A DNA stretch of 64,000 nucleotides, taken from positions 1-64,000 of the IMG/VR virus record IMGVR_UViG_3300014204_000122; one strand, given 5' to 3'. Below, piece after piece: positions 18,758 to 28,507 of this stretch. Source of the stretch: a virus (lineage: Duplodnaviria; Caudoviricetes). The notes below the pieces were generated by a model that saw nothing but the letters and a program-made list of their open reading frames with translations, made no database searches and was not told the DNA's origin. Position 1 is the first letter of the stretch. Every line of letters begins with the position of its first letter. The translations under genes were made by a program, and so were the position numbers.

Positions 18758-21481
18758 ATGAAGTTTGGAGAATTATTTGATCTGATGGGTCAAGGCTTTG
18801 CAACAATTGTTGATTCTAATACAGGAAAATCTCAAAATGTTTCTACTCCTAATATAGGAAAAGGGGATGCTGTACAATTTGATATATTAAGAGATTCTTT
18901 AAAAGGTATTCAAAAAAACGCTGATGACGCTGCAACCTCTATAATTAATACTGAAAAGGCAATTTCTGACTTATCCCGTAGTACTGATCCAGAATCTATT
19001 AAAAAATTAGCGCAAGAACAAGAAAAATTAAACAAAATAAGACAAGAAGCTTCGACAATAGATGAAAATTTACAAGAAAAACAAGAAGATTTAAGAAAAA
19101 TATCAGATAAACTTGGCTCTGCTTTTGACAATGTTCGTTCTAAGTTTGATAAAGTTGATACTATTAACGATTCGTTATTTTCTCTAACACAACAAATGTC
19201 TGAGTTACAAGATGCTTGGAATAAAGGTGTCGATATAAGTGGCGTAGAATATCAACAACAAATGGCATTTTTGGCACAAGAGAAAAAAGCTATAGAACAA
19301 ATAGGAGATTTTACAGGTGGGTTAAGAAATATGGAAAGTGCTTTAAAAGATAAAGCTTTAAATTATTTTAAAAACGAAATTATGGCGGCAGGTAGTGCCG
19401 CCGGATTAAGCATGAAACAATTAGCTATCTTATCAGTTGCTTTTGATGTTTTTATAGATATTTTAGAAATTGCATATGATCAAATTATAGCTGCTAATAA
19501 AGCTCTTGTAGAATTAACTAGAAACACAGGTGGTTTATTTAATGCGTCTATGGTGGGTGCTGATTCTACTGGTAATATGGTAGGCTCTATGCAGAGTTTA
19601 AATACTTCGTTATTAATGAGTAATCTTACTATGGATGATTTTTCTAAAGCCATTGGAGGTTTATTTACAGATGGGTTTGGACAAATAGCTGGTATGAAAA
19701 CTGATTTAAAAAACGCTAATGCAGAAATGTTATATTTTGGAACACAAGCTGCAAAATATAGTAAATTATGGGGAGCAGATTTTACAGGAGCTGTTAGAGA
19801 ATTAACCATGAATTATAATGTAGGGTTAAAAGAAAGTACAGATGCTTCAATAGAAGTAGCAGAAGCTGCAAGAAATGCTGGATTGAACATGGGAGCTGCT
19901 GTTAAAAATTTAGAACAAGCAGCAGCGTTAGCTGGAGAATATTATTTTTCAAGTGTGCAAAATATGCAAAATTTAGCCTTATATGCAACAAGTTTAGGAA
20001 CTGACATAAGCGCTATGATGAATTCTATTAAAGGGTTAGGCTCTATGACTGATTTGTTTCAAAAACAACAATCTTTTGCTGCAATGGAATTAGGAAATAC
20101 TGCAAATAATTTAGCTAAAATATATGCTCTTAAACAAACAGGGCAAGGTGATAAAGCAGCTTCGTTAATGGTTGGAAATTTAGCTAAGGATTTACTTAGT
20201 AAAGGTATGCTAGGTACAGAACAAGGTAGAGCCACATTGGAGGGAGCTGGGATGGATCAAAAAACTATTCAAGCAGTAATGCGTTTAGGAGAACAAGCTA
20301 AAGCTACAGGAATGGATTTACAAACCTTAACTGATGTAAAAGCTCAAACGCTAGCAGATAAACTTAGAATTAGAAGTGCAGAGCAAAGTAGTAGAACTAT
20401 AGGTGAATCTTTTGATATGATTAAAGGTGGACTTATGGCTATTCTAATTGATCCTCTTAAAAAAGTTTTAGGTCCAGTTATTAAAGCATTTGTTGATATT
20501 ACTACTTCTATAGTACAATTTATTCAAGCTGTTGTTGGTTTTGCTATGTCTACTTTGGCTCCTGCTTTTGATTTTGTTGCTGGAATATTTGAAGGAATAG
20601 CAACAACATTTAGTACTATATTTGGAGGTTTAGCATTATTATTTGAAAGTATAACTGATTTTATATCTCCTGTGATAACTTGGCTAAGTACAGTTTTTAA
20701 AGATTTAGGTAACGCAATAGGTATAGTTATAGGTGCATTTATGATACTTTTCTTACCAGCAATTATTGCTTCAGCAGCAGCTACTATAGCTAATACATAT
20801 GCTATAATTAGTTCTACTATTGCTAAATGGGCAGAGATTGGAGCTATTTGGACTACTATTTCAGCTAGAGTAACTGAAATAGCAACGATTATATGGAGTA
20901 CTCTTGTATTTGCAGCACAATCAATAGCAACAGGATTTATGACTATTATGACTTCTTTAGGGGCAATTGCAATGATGGCTTTTACTTGGCCTGTTCTATT
21001 AGTAGTTATAGGATTAGTAGCTTTAGCCGCTATTGTTTGGTATTTTTGGGATGCAGTAGTTGCAATTGCAGAAGTAGTGTGGGATCTTTTTATGAAATTT
21101 AATCCCCTTGTAATTGTAATTAATTGGCTTATAGATGCAGTAAAATCTTTAATTGATTGGCTGGGATGGTTTGATGAAGAACCAGAAGGACCACAAGCTG
21201 TAAAAGGAAGTACTTGGGATGAAATGTTTGGTGTAGGTGGTGAAACAGGTGGTGCTCAAAATGTCACACAACCAGCTACTAATGCAGGGGTAGGGGATTA
21301 TAAAATGGCTGCTAATACAATTGCTGATTTACCTCAATCTCGTACTGAAATAGAAAAAGCTCCTCCAACAGGAGCAACACCTAAAACTGGAACTGATTCT
21401 AAACAAGTAACAAACGTTACTGTTAATACAAATGTAGACCCTATGTTTGGAAGTAAACAATCTGCCAAAAGCACTACATAA
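18758..21481 (+). CDS. tape measure protein
   Basis: 907 aa, Ala/Gly/Leu-rich and helical, with amphipathic aromatic repeats and a hydrophobic C-terminal part; lies near the tail chaperone and baseplate genes. Confidence 0.8.
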   Translation: MKFGELFDLMGQGFATIVDSNTGKSQNVSTPNIGKGDAVQFDILRDSLKGIQKNADDAATSIINTEKAISDLSRSTDPESIKKLAQEQEKLNKIRQEASTIDENLQEKQEDLRKISDKLGSAFDNVRSKFDKVDTINDSLFSLTQQMSELQDAWNKGVDISGVEYQQQMAFLAQEKKAIEQIGDFTGGLRNMESALKDKALNYFKNEIMAAGSAAGLSMKQLAILSVAFDVFIDILEIAYDQIIAANKALVELTRNTGGLFNASMVGADSTGNMVGSMQSLNTSLLMSNLTMDDFSKAIGGLFTDGFGQIAGMKTDLKNANAEMLYFGTQAAKYSKLWGADFTGAVRELTMNYNVGLKESTDASIEVAEAARNAGLNMGAAVKNLEQAAALAGEYYFSSVQNMQNLALYATSLGTDISAMMNSIKGLGSMTDLFQKQQSFAAMELGNTANNLAKIYALKQTGQGDKAASLMVGNLAKDLLSKGMLGTEQGRATLEGAGMDQKTIQAVMRLGEQAKATGMDLQTLTDVKAQTLADKLRIRSAEQSSRTIGESFDMIKGGLMAILIDPLKKVLGPVIKAFVDITTSIVQFIQAVVGFAMSTLAPAFDFVAGIFEGIATTFSTIFGGLALLFESITDFISPVITWLSTVFKDLGNAIGIVIGAFMILFLPAIIASAAATIANTYAIISSTIAKWAEIGAIWTTISARVTEIATIIWSTLVFAAQSIATGFMTIMTSLGAIAMMAFTWPVLLVVIGLVALAAIVWYFWDAVVAIAEVVWDLFMKFNPLVIVINWLIDAVKSLIDWLGWFDEEPEGPQAVKGSTWDEMFGVGGETGGAQNVTQPATNAGVGDYKMAANTIADLPQSRTEIEKAPPTGATPKTGTDSKQVTNVTVNTNVDPMFGSKQSAKSTT

Positions 21482-21540
21482 TTTATAAAAGAAGAAGTAA
21501 GAGAATTATGTAATATAGATGAAGAAATTTATATTTAATA
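21481..21540 (+). repeat. 60 bp direct repeat, copy 2 (orphan 3' remnant of an LRR-like gene)
   Basis: Translates as FIKEEVRELCNIDEEIYI* versus FTEDEIRELCKIGGKIYI*. Confidence 0.8.
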
Positions 21541-21549
21541 AAAAATAAG

Positions 21550-24500
21550 ATGCCAATAGAAAATCAAAATATTGTTCAAAATTTAAAAGAATTAAAATTC
21601 TTACAGGATGCTTTATTGGGTAAAATAGATTCAATAAATAATTTAACTAAAGAAGAAATTAATGATTATTATAAATCTGTAGCTAATTTAGGATTATTAC
21701 ATTTACAAACGCAATTAATAAATCAAAAAGAAAACGATGATCGAATAGTTCAATATTATGAAAAGTTAAAAGAAAAAGAATTAAAATTAATTCCTCAAAC
21801 TGATTTTGGTAAATTTACTAAAGAATATTATCAAGAACTAGCTGTTTTAAGTGAAGAAAACCATGAATTCGGAAAAACAATAGCAAAAGAAGAAAATAAA
21901 GATACAATAGAATATTATCAAAGTGTAACTAATTTAAGTGATAGAAATCATTTATTTGGTTTTACAATAGCAGAGGAAGAAAATCAAGATACTACTGAGT
22001 ACTATCAAGAAAAGGTTAAAACTTTAAGTGATAGAAACCACTTGTTAGGATCAGTTATAGCCGAAGAGGAAAATCAAGATACAATAGAATATTATCAAAA
22101 TGTAACTAACTTAAGTGATAGAAATCATTTATTAGGTTCAGTAGTGGCTGAAGAAGAAAACCAAGATACAAGAGAATATTATAATGATGTAACTGATTTA
22201 AGTAATAGAAATCATTTATTGGGTTCAATAGTTGCAGAAAAAGAAAGTCAAGATACAAGAGAATATTATAATGATGTAACTAACTTAAGCAATAGAAATC
22301 ACTTATTAGGTTCAGTAGTAGCAGAAGAAGAAAGTCAAGATACTACCGAATATTATCAAAATGTAACTAACTTAAGTGATAGAAATCATTTATTGGGTTC
22401 AGTGGTTGCTAACGAAGAAAACCAAGACACTACTGAATATTATCAAAGTGTAACTAATTTAAGTGATAGAAATCATTTGCTGGGATCTATTATAGCAAAT
22501 AGAGAAAGTCAAGATACAAGAGAATATTATAATGATATAAATGAATTAAGTAGTCAAAAAGCATTAAGAGAAAAACAACAAGTTGCAAATTTACATCAAG
22601 ATACTACTGATTATTATAAAAAAGTTGCAAAACACGCTGTTAAACAAAAAATGCCATTTAAAGCTGCTTTAGATAGGTTTAAAGATCCTAAATTTCATGC
22701 AGATTGGGGTTTTCACATGGATCCTAGTACATTTAGTTTTGGTGGTGGTGTAGGAATTGAATACAGAGGATTTCAACTTGACTTAAGTATACAAAAATAT
22801 TATGGGGATTTAGATGCTAGATCAAAAGCATGGGCTAGAAGAAATAAAATCAAACAAAGATATACGTTAGATGATTTAACTGATTTAGGTAAAAAAGCAT
22901 CTAGTCAAGTTACTCCTAATGGTCAAATGACAGATGCTCAAAGAAGTGAATACGAATTAGGATTTATAAAACCAGAGGCAAAAGAAATAGAAAAATATTT
23001 TGGTACTGAATCTTCTAAACCTGTGTTAGCATCACCTTATAAAACTAGTATTTTAGGAGCTGATATGAATACAGGTGTTAAGTATTCAGAAAAAATAGAT
23101 CATGTAAGAGAAGTACAATTAAATGAGAAAACTCCGTTATCTAACTATGTTACAGAAACAGGAGCTTCTAAAGTTGATGTTTTTGATGATTCTATTATTG
23201 ATTCTAATAAAACTTTAGAAGAAAAAACTAAACATGTTAGAGATAAACTTATACAATCTACTGTTGCTCCTATTTCTTTAGAATCTAAAATATTACCGAC
23301 AGGAGCAATTAGTGATAAAATTGTTCCTGTAACAAATACTAGTACAAAATCAGCAGAAGAAATAAATCAAGAAAGAAGCGAGAAGGTAAATAAATTATTT
23401 AGTAAATATCACGCTGATAATTCTTCTAAAACCTCTATGGCTAATTCAGGATTACTTTCTGATTCTATGACATTTCCTAAACCGGGAGAAGAAATATCTA
23501 CTCAAAATACTCTTAATGGAAAATCTTTAGCAAGTAGATCATCATATACTTTTTCAGGGGGAGTTATTCATAAAGGATTTTCTGGACTAGATGGATTAAA
23601 AGCTAGTACTTTTGGAACACCTGATAATCCTACTTCTAAAAAATTAGAAGCAATGCTTGCAGAATATAAAGCAACTGCTCCTGGATCTTATAAATTTTTT
23701 ATAGAAAAGCTACATGGACGTCATACTAATGGTAATTATTATGTTAAAAATCCTATTAAGTCTGGTTTATTACGCTCTGATATACCTAACAGAATGCTTT
23801 TCCCTGCTTATATTGAAAATTATAACGATAGCTATGATGTAAATTGGAATTCTGAAAATTTATACGGTAGAAGTGAAGCTGTACATATTTATCAAAATAC
23901 TGGAAGAAAATTATCAATTAGTTTTTTTATGGTATCCGATTTTTCAACAGAAATGTTATTAGCTGGAGTAAAAGCAGCAAGAGACCTTATGAGAAAAGAA
24001 GCAATTTCCAAAGACCCTACTTTAAGCAAACTATATAAAAAAAATCCTAAATCCGCAATGAATCAATATGGGGATAGTTTATCTGATGAAGAAAGATTAG
24101 AAGAGTTAAGAAAAACTTTACCAGATTGGGGTTCAGGTTCTATGATGTATCCAACTATAAGTAACGGAAAATTTGTTGGTTTTGCTCCTGGAAAAATGTC
24201 GGGAACACCTGAAATGTTATGGAGTAAATTAACTTTTTTAGCACAATGTTGTTATCCTTGGTATAGAAATGATGGTAAAATGAAAGAACAACCTTTTATT
24301 AGAATAAGAATTGGTGATTTTATAGATGCTATAGGAAAAATAACAGCTTTCAATATAGATAATTACGAATCTTTTGCCTTAGATTTAAATCCTTCTAAAG
24401 TAGGAGCTATGCCTATGGGTGTAACAGTTACTCTTAGTATGGATATAGTTCATGAAGATGAACCTTCTTCTGAATATTATAAATTTTATCATAGAAAAGA

Positions 24501-24918
24501 TTTTGATATCGAAGGTATATATTATATTCCTGATTGTTTAAAAACCGATAGTCAAACATGTGATTCTGCTTTAGATCCAAATGCTGAAGACGAGGCTTTA
24601 ATGTATGCTACTGTTGAAGAGCTTAAAACAGATGTTGATGGACTTGCAAAACAAAGTGGTAGTTTAAATCAAGCAGGTGCATCTCAAGCTGTAAAAAAAG
24701 CATTAACTTCATCACAAAATGTACAAAAAATAGCAGCACAACAAGAAATTTTAGATGGGGGAACAGAATCAATTAAATATGAAAAATCAGCTGTACCGGA
24801 TATTCCAGCTATGCCAATTGCTTCTTATCAATCAATACAAGATAATACAAACGTTAAGCTTAAAAAATATGGACCTACCGAAAAACAATTTACAGGTAGT
24901 GCTTCAGGTGGACAATAG
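21550..24918 (+). CDS. tail tube initiator/baseplate-type structural protein with N-terminal 29-aa repeats
   Basis: C-terminal FPAYIENYNDSY..NW.....YGRSE....YQNTGRKLSISF and PFIRIRIGD resemble tube-fold baseplate proteins; follows the tape measure gene. Confidence 0.65.
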   Translation: MPIENQNIVQNLKELKFLQDALLGKIDSINNLTKEEINDYYKSVANLGLLHLQTQLINQKENDDRIVQYYEKLKEKELKLIPQTDFGKFTKEYYQELAVLSEENHEFGKTIAKEENKDTIEYYQSVTNLSDRNHLFGFTIAEEENQDTTEYYQEKVKTLSDRNHLLGSVIAEEENQDTIEYYQNVTNLSDRNHLLGSVVAEEENQDTREYYNDVTDLSNRNHLLGSIVAEKESQDTREYYNDVTNLSNRNHLLGSVVAEEESQDTTEYYQNVTNLSDRNHLLGSVVANEENQDTTEYYQSVTNLSDRNHLLGSIIANRESQDTREYYNDINELSSQKALREKQQVANLHQDTTDYYKKVAKHAVKQKMPFKAALDRFKDPKFHADWGFHMDPSTFSFGGGVGIEYRGFQLDLSIQKYYGDLDARSKAWARRNKIKQRYTLDDLTDLGKKASSQVTPNGQMTDAQRSEYELGFIKPEAKEIEKYFGTESSKPVLASPYKTSILGADMNTGVKYSEKIDHVREVQLNEKTPLSNYVTETGASKVDVFDDSIIDSNKTLEEKTKHVRDKLIQSTVAPISLESKILPTGAISDKIVPVTNTSTKSAEEINQERSEKVNKLFSKYHADNSSKTSMANSGLLSDSMTFPKPGEEISTQNTLNGKSLASRSSYTFSGGVIHKGFSGLDGLKASTFGTPDNPTSKKLEAMLAEYKATAPGSYKFFIEKLHGRHTNGNYYVKNPIKSGLLRSDIPNRMLFPAYIENYNDSYDVNWNSENLYGRSEAVHIYQNTGRKLSISFFMVSDFSTEMLLAGVKAARDLMRKEAISKDPTLSKLYKKNPKSAMNQYGDSLSDEERLEELRKTLPDWGSGSMMYPTISNGKFVGFAPGKMSGTPEMLWSKLTFLAQCCYPWYRNDGKMKEQPFIRIRIGDFIDAIGKITAFNIDNYESFALDLNPSKVGAMPMGVTVTLSMDIVHEDEPSSEYYKFYHRKDFDIEGIYYIPDCLKTDSQTCDSALDPNAEDEALMYATVEELKTDVDGLAKQSGSLNQAGASQAVKKALTSSQNVQKIAAQQEILDGGTESIKYEKSAVPDIPAMPIASYQSIQDNTNVKLKKYGPTEKQFTGSASGGQ
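21823..22608 (+). repeat. coding tandem repeat, nine units of 87 bp (29 aa; one unit 30 aa)
   Basis: Consensus EYYQxVTNLSDRNHLLGSxxAEEENQDTx. Confidence 0.92.
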
Positions 24919-24943
24919 TTAATTTTAAATTTAATTAATCTAA

Positions 24944-24975
24944 TTTGGTTGTTATTGATTTATTTCTTATTTTTA
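24944..24975 (+). promoter_or_regulatory. Bacteroidota-type -33/-7 promoter
   Basis: TTTG(24944)-N20-TATTTTTA(24968), upstream of the PolA-like gene. Confidence 0.6.
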
Positions 24976-25000
24976 TAGAATAAGGATTTAAATTAAAAAA

Positions 25001-26530
25001 ATGTATTTAGGTTATATAGTAGGAGATGAACACCCTTTATTACAGACTATTAGTATGTATTCAATTGAAGAACATACTGATAAACCTATTGTAATAGTAG
25101 GTATGAATATAGCTACTAGTTTATATCCTGAATTAGATGTTACAGAGAAAAAAATTAAAAATAATATTTATTATATATTTTCTCAATCAGAATCAGATAA
25201 ACATGAAGAATCTTTAAATACATTTTTATATTATTGTTATAAAGAACTTACACAAAAGTTTGTTGTTGTAAAAAATTATTTAGCTTTTAGTGATATAGTT
25301 TTATTAAAAACTGCCTTTATATATGAAACTAAATTATTTATAACAATTACATCAGGGGAGTATATATATTATCTTGATAAAAAAATATATAAATATTTTA
25401 CAGAGAAAAATATAAACTCTCAAAGGTTTATAAAAAAATTAAAAGAACTATATCCTCTTTGTAGTTTTTATTCGTGGAATACTGATTTTTATTTTCAATC
25501 TTATTTAAAGACAATAAACTATTATATATCTTTAAAAGATTTTAAAACATTACATTTTTTTGATTCTAATATTGACTTATATATTGGTGCAGTATGTTTA
25601 GAATGGTTAAAAATACTAAAAACAGCAAACTATCCTGAGGAAACTTTACAGTTATGGAATAGGGCGTATGATGTTGAAAATTATTTATCTGCTACAAAAA
25701 TAAGAATTGATAGAGATAAACTTAATAGTTTAGAAGAAAAAATGTCGTTTAAAAATTTAACTGATGATGAACATATTCGGCAAATTTGCAATGGAACTGA
25801 TAAGATAACAGGAAGAATTTATTCAAGTTCTAACGGACTTAGTCTTCAAACCTTGCCAGAGATTCATAGAGATATTGTTATTGCCGAACCTAAAAGTGTA
25901 TTGGTAGGGTTTGATTATAATTATTTTGAATATTCTTTATTATATCAAATATGTAATATGGAATGTGAAGATGATCCTCATTTAAAACTTGCAGAGGTGC
26001 TTTTTAAAGACAAAGAATACAGAGATATAGCTAAAGGTATTAATTATAGTATTTTATTTGGACAATCTATTGAAAATACTATTAAAGATATTAAAAACAA
26101 ATATCCAAATTTAAAAATAAATAGTGATTGGTTATATAGTGAATTAGTAAAAATAACTAAACCTTTTTCTAAACTAAAAGAAAAATTAGAAGAAGAACTT
26201 AAACAAACAAACGTAATATATAATTATTATGGTAGAAATATATATCCTCAAAAAGATTATGCGTGCTTAAACAACTATATACAATCTACTGCAGCTGATT
26301 TAGTTATTATTAAAATAGATAAGTTAAAAAAATATTTATCTCAATATCCAACCATAAATAGAATATTATTACAACAATATGATTCAATTTTATTTAACTT
26401 TAGTATAGATATTGTTGAAAACACTGATCTTTTAGATGATATTATTGAAATTTTAGAATCTCCTGAAAAGGGCTTAAAAGGAAAAACTACAATGCAATAC
26501 GGGAAAAACTGGAAAAAGTTAAAAAATTAA
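25001..26530 (+). CDS. divergent family A DNA polymerase-like protein
   Basis: TGRI, motif A FDYNYFE, motif B R..AK.INY.ILFG, NNYIQSTAAD, motif C QYDS. Confidence 0.8.
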   Translation: MYLGYIVGDEHPLLQTISMYSIEEHTDKPIVIVGMNIATSLYPELDVTEKKIKNNIYYIFSQSESDKHEESLNTFLYYCYKELTQKFVVVKNYLAFSDIVLLKTAFIYETKLFITITSGEYIYYLDKKIYKYFTEKNINSQRFIKKLKELYPLCSFYSWNTDFYFQSYLKTINYYISLKDFKTLHFFDSNIDLYIGAVCLEWLKILKTANYPEETLQLWNRAYDVENYLSATKIRIDRDKLNSLEEKMSFKNLTDDEHIRQICNGTDKITGRIYSSSNGLSLQTLPEIHRDIVIAEPKSVLVGFDYNYFEYSLLYQICNMECEDDPHLKLAEVLFKDKEYRDIAKGINYSILFGQSIENTIKDIKNKYPNLKINSDWLYSELVKITKPFSKLKEKLEEELKQTNVIYNYYGRNIYPQKDYACLNNYIQSTAADLVIIKIDKLKKYLSQYPTINRILLQQYDSILFNFSIDIVENTDLLDDIIEILESPEKGLKGKTTMQYGKNWKKLKN

Positions 26531-26573
26531 GTAATTTATAGTTAAAAAATAATATTTAAAAGAAATACTTACA

Positions 26574-26813
26574 ATGATTTTACTGGAATATTCTTTAAAA
26601 GAAAAAACAATATTAACTCAATTAATTAATTATTTAGAACCTTTAGTTCCTAGAGAAGAGTTTGAAAAAATATTAGATTTTTATAGTTATTTTGACGCTA
26701 GTTATTTTGACTTAGAAAATGCGGCTGTGTATCAAGAATTTATAAACGCTCTTAAAGAATTAGCATCAAAAAACAATATAATACTACCAGAAGAATTAAG
26801 TTTACCTGAATAA
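26574..26813 (+). CDS. hypothetical protein (MILLE start, putative late/head protein)
   Basis: 79 aa ORF preceded by ATATTTA at 26552. Confidence 0.6.
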   Translation: MILLEYSLKEKTILTQLINYLEPLVPREEFEKILDFYSYFDASYFDLENAAVYQEFINALKELASKNNIILPEELSLPE

Positions 26814-26818
26814 ACTTT

Positions 26819-26989
26819 TTAACTATCTGAAGTATCTATACCGATTATAATATAACTAAAACCCGATGTTCCCATTTGTGATATTTTATCTATATAAAAG
26901 TTTGTAGCTATTTTTTCATCTAAAAATTCTTTTAACTTATCTTCATTTATAAAAGATTCAATCCATATTATTTGTTTTTTTGCTGCCAT
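26819..26989 (-). CDS. small hypothetical protein (not in ORF track)
   Basis: 56 aa MAAKKQIIWIESFINEDKLKEFLDEK..., starting just after the stop at 26993. Confidence 0.6.
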   Translation of the reverse strand: MAAKKQIIWIESFINEDKLKEFLDEKIATNFYIDKISQMGTSGFSYIIIGIDTSDS

Positions 26990-26992
26990 TTT

Positions 26993-27706
26993 TTAATTTA
27001 TTTTTTGTAAATTACTTATTTGAGTTTTAATCATATTTGCTAATTCATAATCCTCCATTTCAGAAGCAAGATTCATAACTATGTTTAACTCTTTAACGTT
27101 TAAATCTATTAATGCAATACCTAAAACTTCTAATTCTCTTAAGGTAATTTCTAAATTTTCACCTTCAAGGTCTTCAAACTCAGATTGGTGAGATTGTTTT
27201 TCATGTTGTGGTGATTGTAGCAATTTAGTATTTCCATAAGGAATAAATTTTTCTGTTTTACTTATTATTTTCTGATATTCAGACATTAAATCTTCAAACT
27301 TTTTTCCTTTAGTTTCTTCTAAAAAATTAATCATACTATCACGTTGATTTCTTGTTTTATAAGAAAAATTTGTATTAACTTCTTTTATATCAAAAATAAC
27401 AGATAACCCGTTATTAAAAACTGCCTCACAATTATTTAAATCCCATTTACTTAATGTTGCAAACAAAACTCCTGATACTGGATGAGAATTTTGACTTATA
27501 AAATCACTATTGAATTTTTCAGGAGAAATATATAAAAGATCCCCTATTTCCCAACTTGTAATTTCGTCTATAAAACATTGTTCTTGAAGTTCTTTCTCTT
27601 TTTTTAGTTTCTTTTTATTGGATATTTTTTTTATAGTTTTTTGGATTATAGCTATTATAAGCAATACTAAAAAACCTTGTCCAATGTAATAAAACAAATC
27701 GTGCAT
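26993..27706 (-). CDS. membrane-anchored protein with C-terminal UVR-like motif
   Basis: N-terminal TM helix; C-terminal ASEMEDYELANMIK. Confidence 0.65.
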   Translation of the reverse strand: MHDLFYYIGQGFLVLLIIAIIQKTIKKISNKKKLKKEKELQEQCFIDEITSWEIGDLLYISPEKFNSDFISQNSHPVSGVLFATLSKWDLNNCEAVFNNGLSVIFDIKEVNTNFSYKTRNQRDSMINFLEETKGKKFEDLMSEYQKIISKTEKFIPYGNTKLLQSPQHEKQSHQSEFEDLEGENLEITLRELEVLGIALIDLNVKELNIVMNLASEMEDYELANMIKTQISNLQKIN

Positions 27707-27801
27707 TCTTTTTAATTTATTAGGTTTAACGATATTAAAATAAGAAAAAATTTGAATATTTTATTTATTTTAAATATAAAAGAATAAATGATTTTAATGC
27801 G

Positions 27802-27864
27802 ATTTAAACAATTATTTTATTTATATATATAAAGTTATTAACTTAACAAAATAATTGTTTAAAT
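27802..27864. repeat. perfect 17 bp inverted repeat with 29 nt spacer
   Basis: atttaaacaattatttt / aaaataattgtttaaat. Confidence 0.85.
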
Positions 27865-27879
27865 TAAAGATAAGATAGG

Positions 27880-28503
27880 TTAATTTTTAATTTTGATGTT
27901 ATTTATAATAACAGTTGAATTAGGTCTAGTCATTATGCCGTTAGAAATATAAACAAAAGGTCTTTTTTTAACAATATTTATTAATTTAAATTTTCCATAT
28001 TTTTTCTTTTCTATAACTATATCTATAGTATCAATTGTTTTTAAACTAAAGTTAACAGAATCATTAATTAATGTTAATTTTAAATCAGTCCATTGATCTT
28101 TATAGTTTCCTACTTTATATTTAAGTATAGTATCGTTTTTAATAACAGTATCGTGTAAAATAATTTTTCCAGATGTATTTGTTTGAGTTAAAGCAGTAAG
28201 AATTTGATCTACTTTTTTCTTTTTTATATCTAAATCTTTAACAATATTTAACAATCTGTCTATTTCTTTATTTTTTAACATTTCCAATTCAGACATTTTT
28301 AAAACTAAAGAACTTTTTTGTGATACTAATTTTTGGCTTTTAGATTTGTAAAAACTAACAGTATCAAAAGAAGAAGAAACATTAACAGATAACCTATCTA
28401 TTTCTTTTTTTTGATTACAAGAATGCATAGTTAATACTACTATTGATCCAATTAAAATAATGTATATTACTATTTTAATAATTAATTTATAAAAAATTGC
28501 CAT
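27880..28503 (-). CDS. putative spanin (Rz-like)
   Basis: N-terminal TM, coiled coil, then a beta-rich HDT/DTI region like Bacteroidota phage spanin-type proteins. Confidence 0.55.
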   Translation of the reverse strand: MAIFYKLIIKIVIYIILIGSIVVLTMHSCNQKKEIDRLSVNVSSSFDTVSFYKSKSQKLVSQKSSLVLKMSELEMLKNKEIDRLLNIVKDLDIKKKKVDQILTALTQTNTSGKIILHDTVIKNDTILKYKVGNYKDQWTDLKLTLINDSVNFSLKTIDTIDIVIEKKKYGKFKLINIVKKRPFVYISNGIMTRPNSTVIINNIKIKN

Positions 28504-28507
28504 AATT

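Noticed and set aside
18691-21540. 60 bp repeat pair as a DGR repeat or prophage att sites
   Set aside because: Neither copy has A at all mismatched positions, no integrase or RT is seen, and the repeat is a coding 3' end.
21823-22608. 87 bp periodic array as a CRISPR array
   Set aside because: It is an in-frame coding repeat with codon-position variation, no unique spacers and no cas genes.
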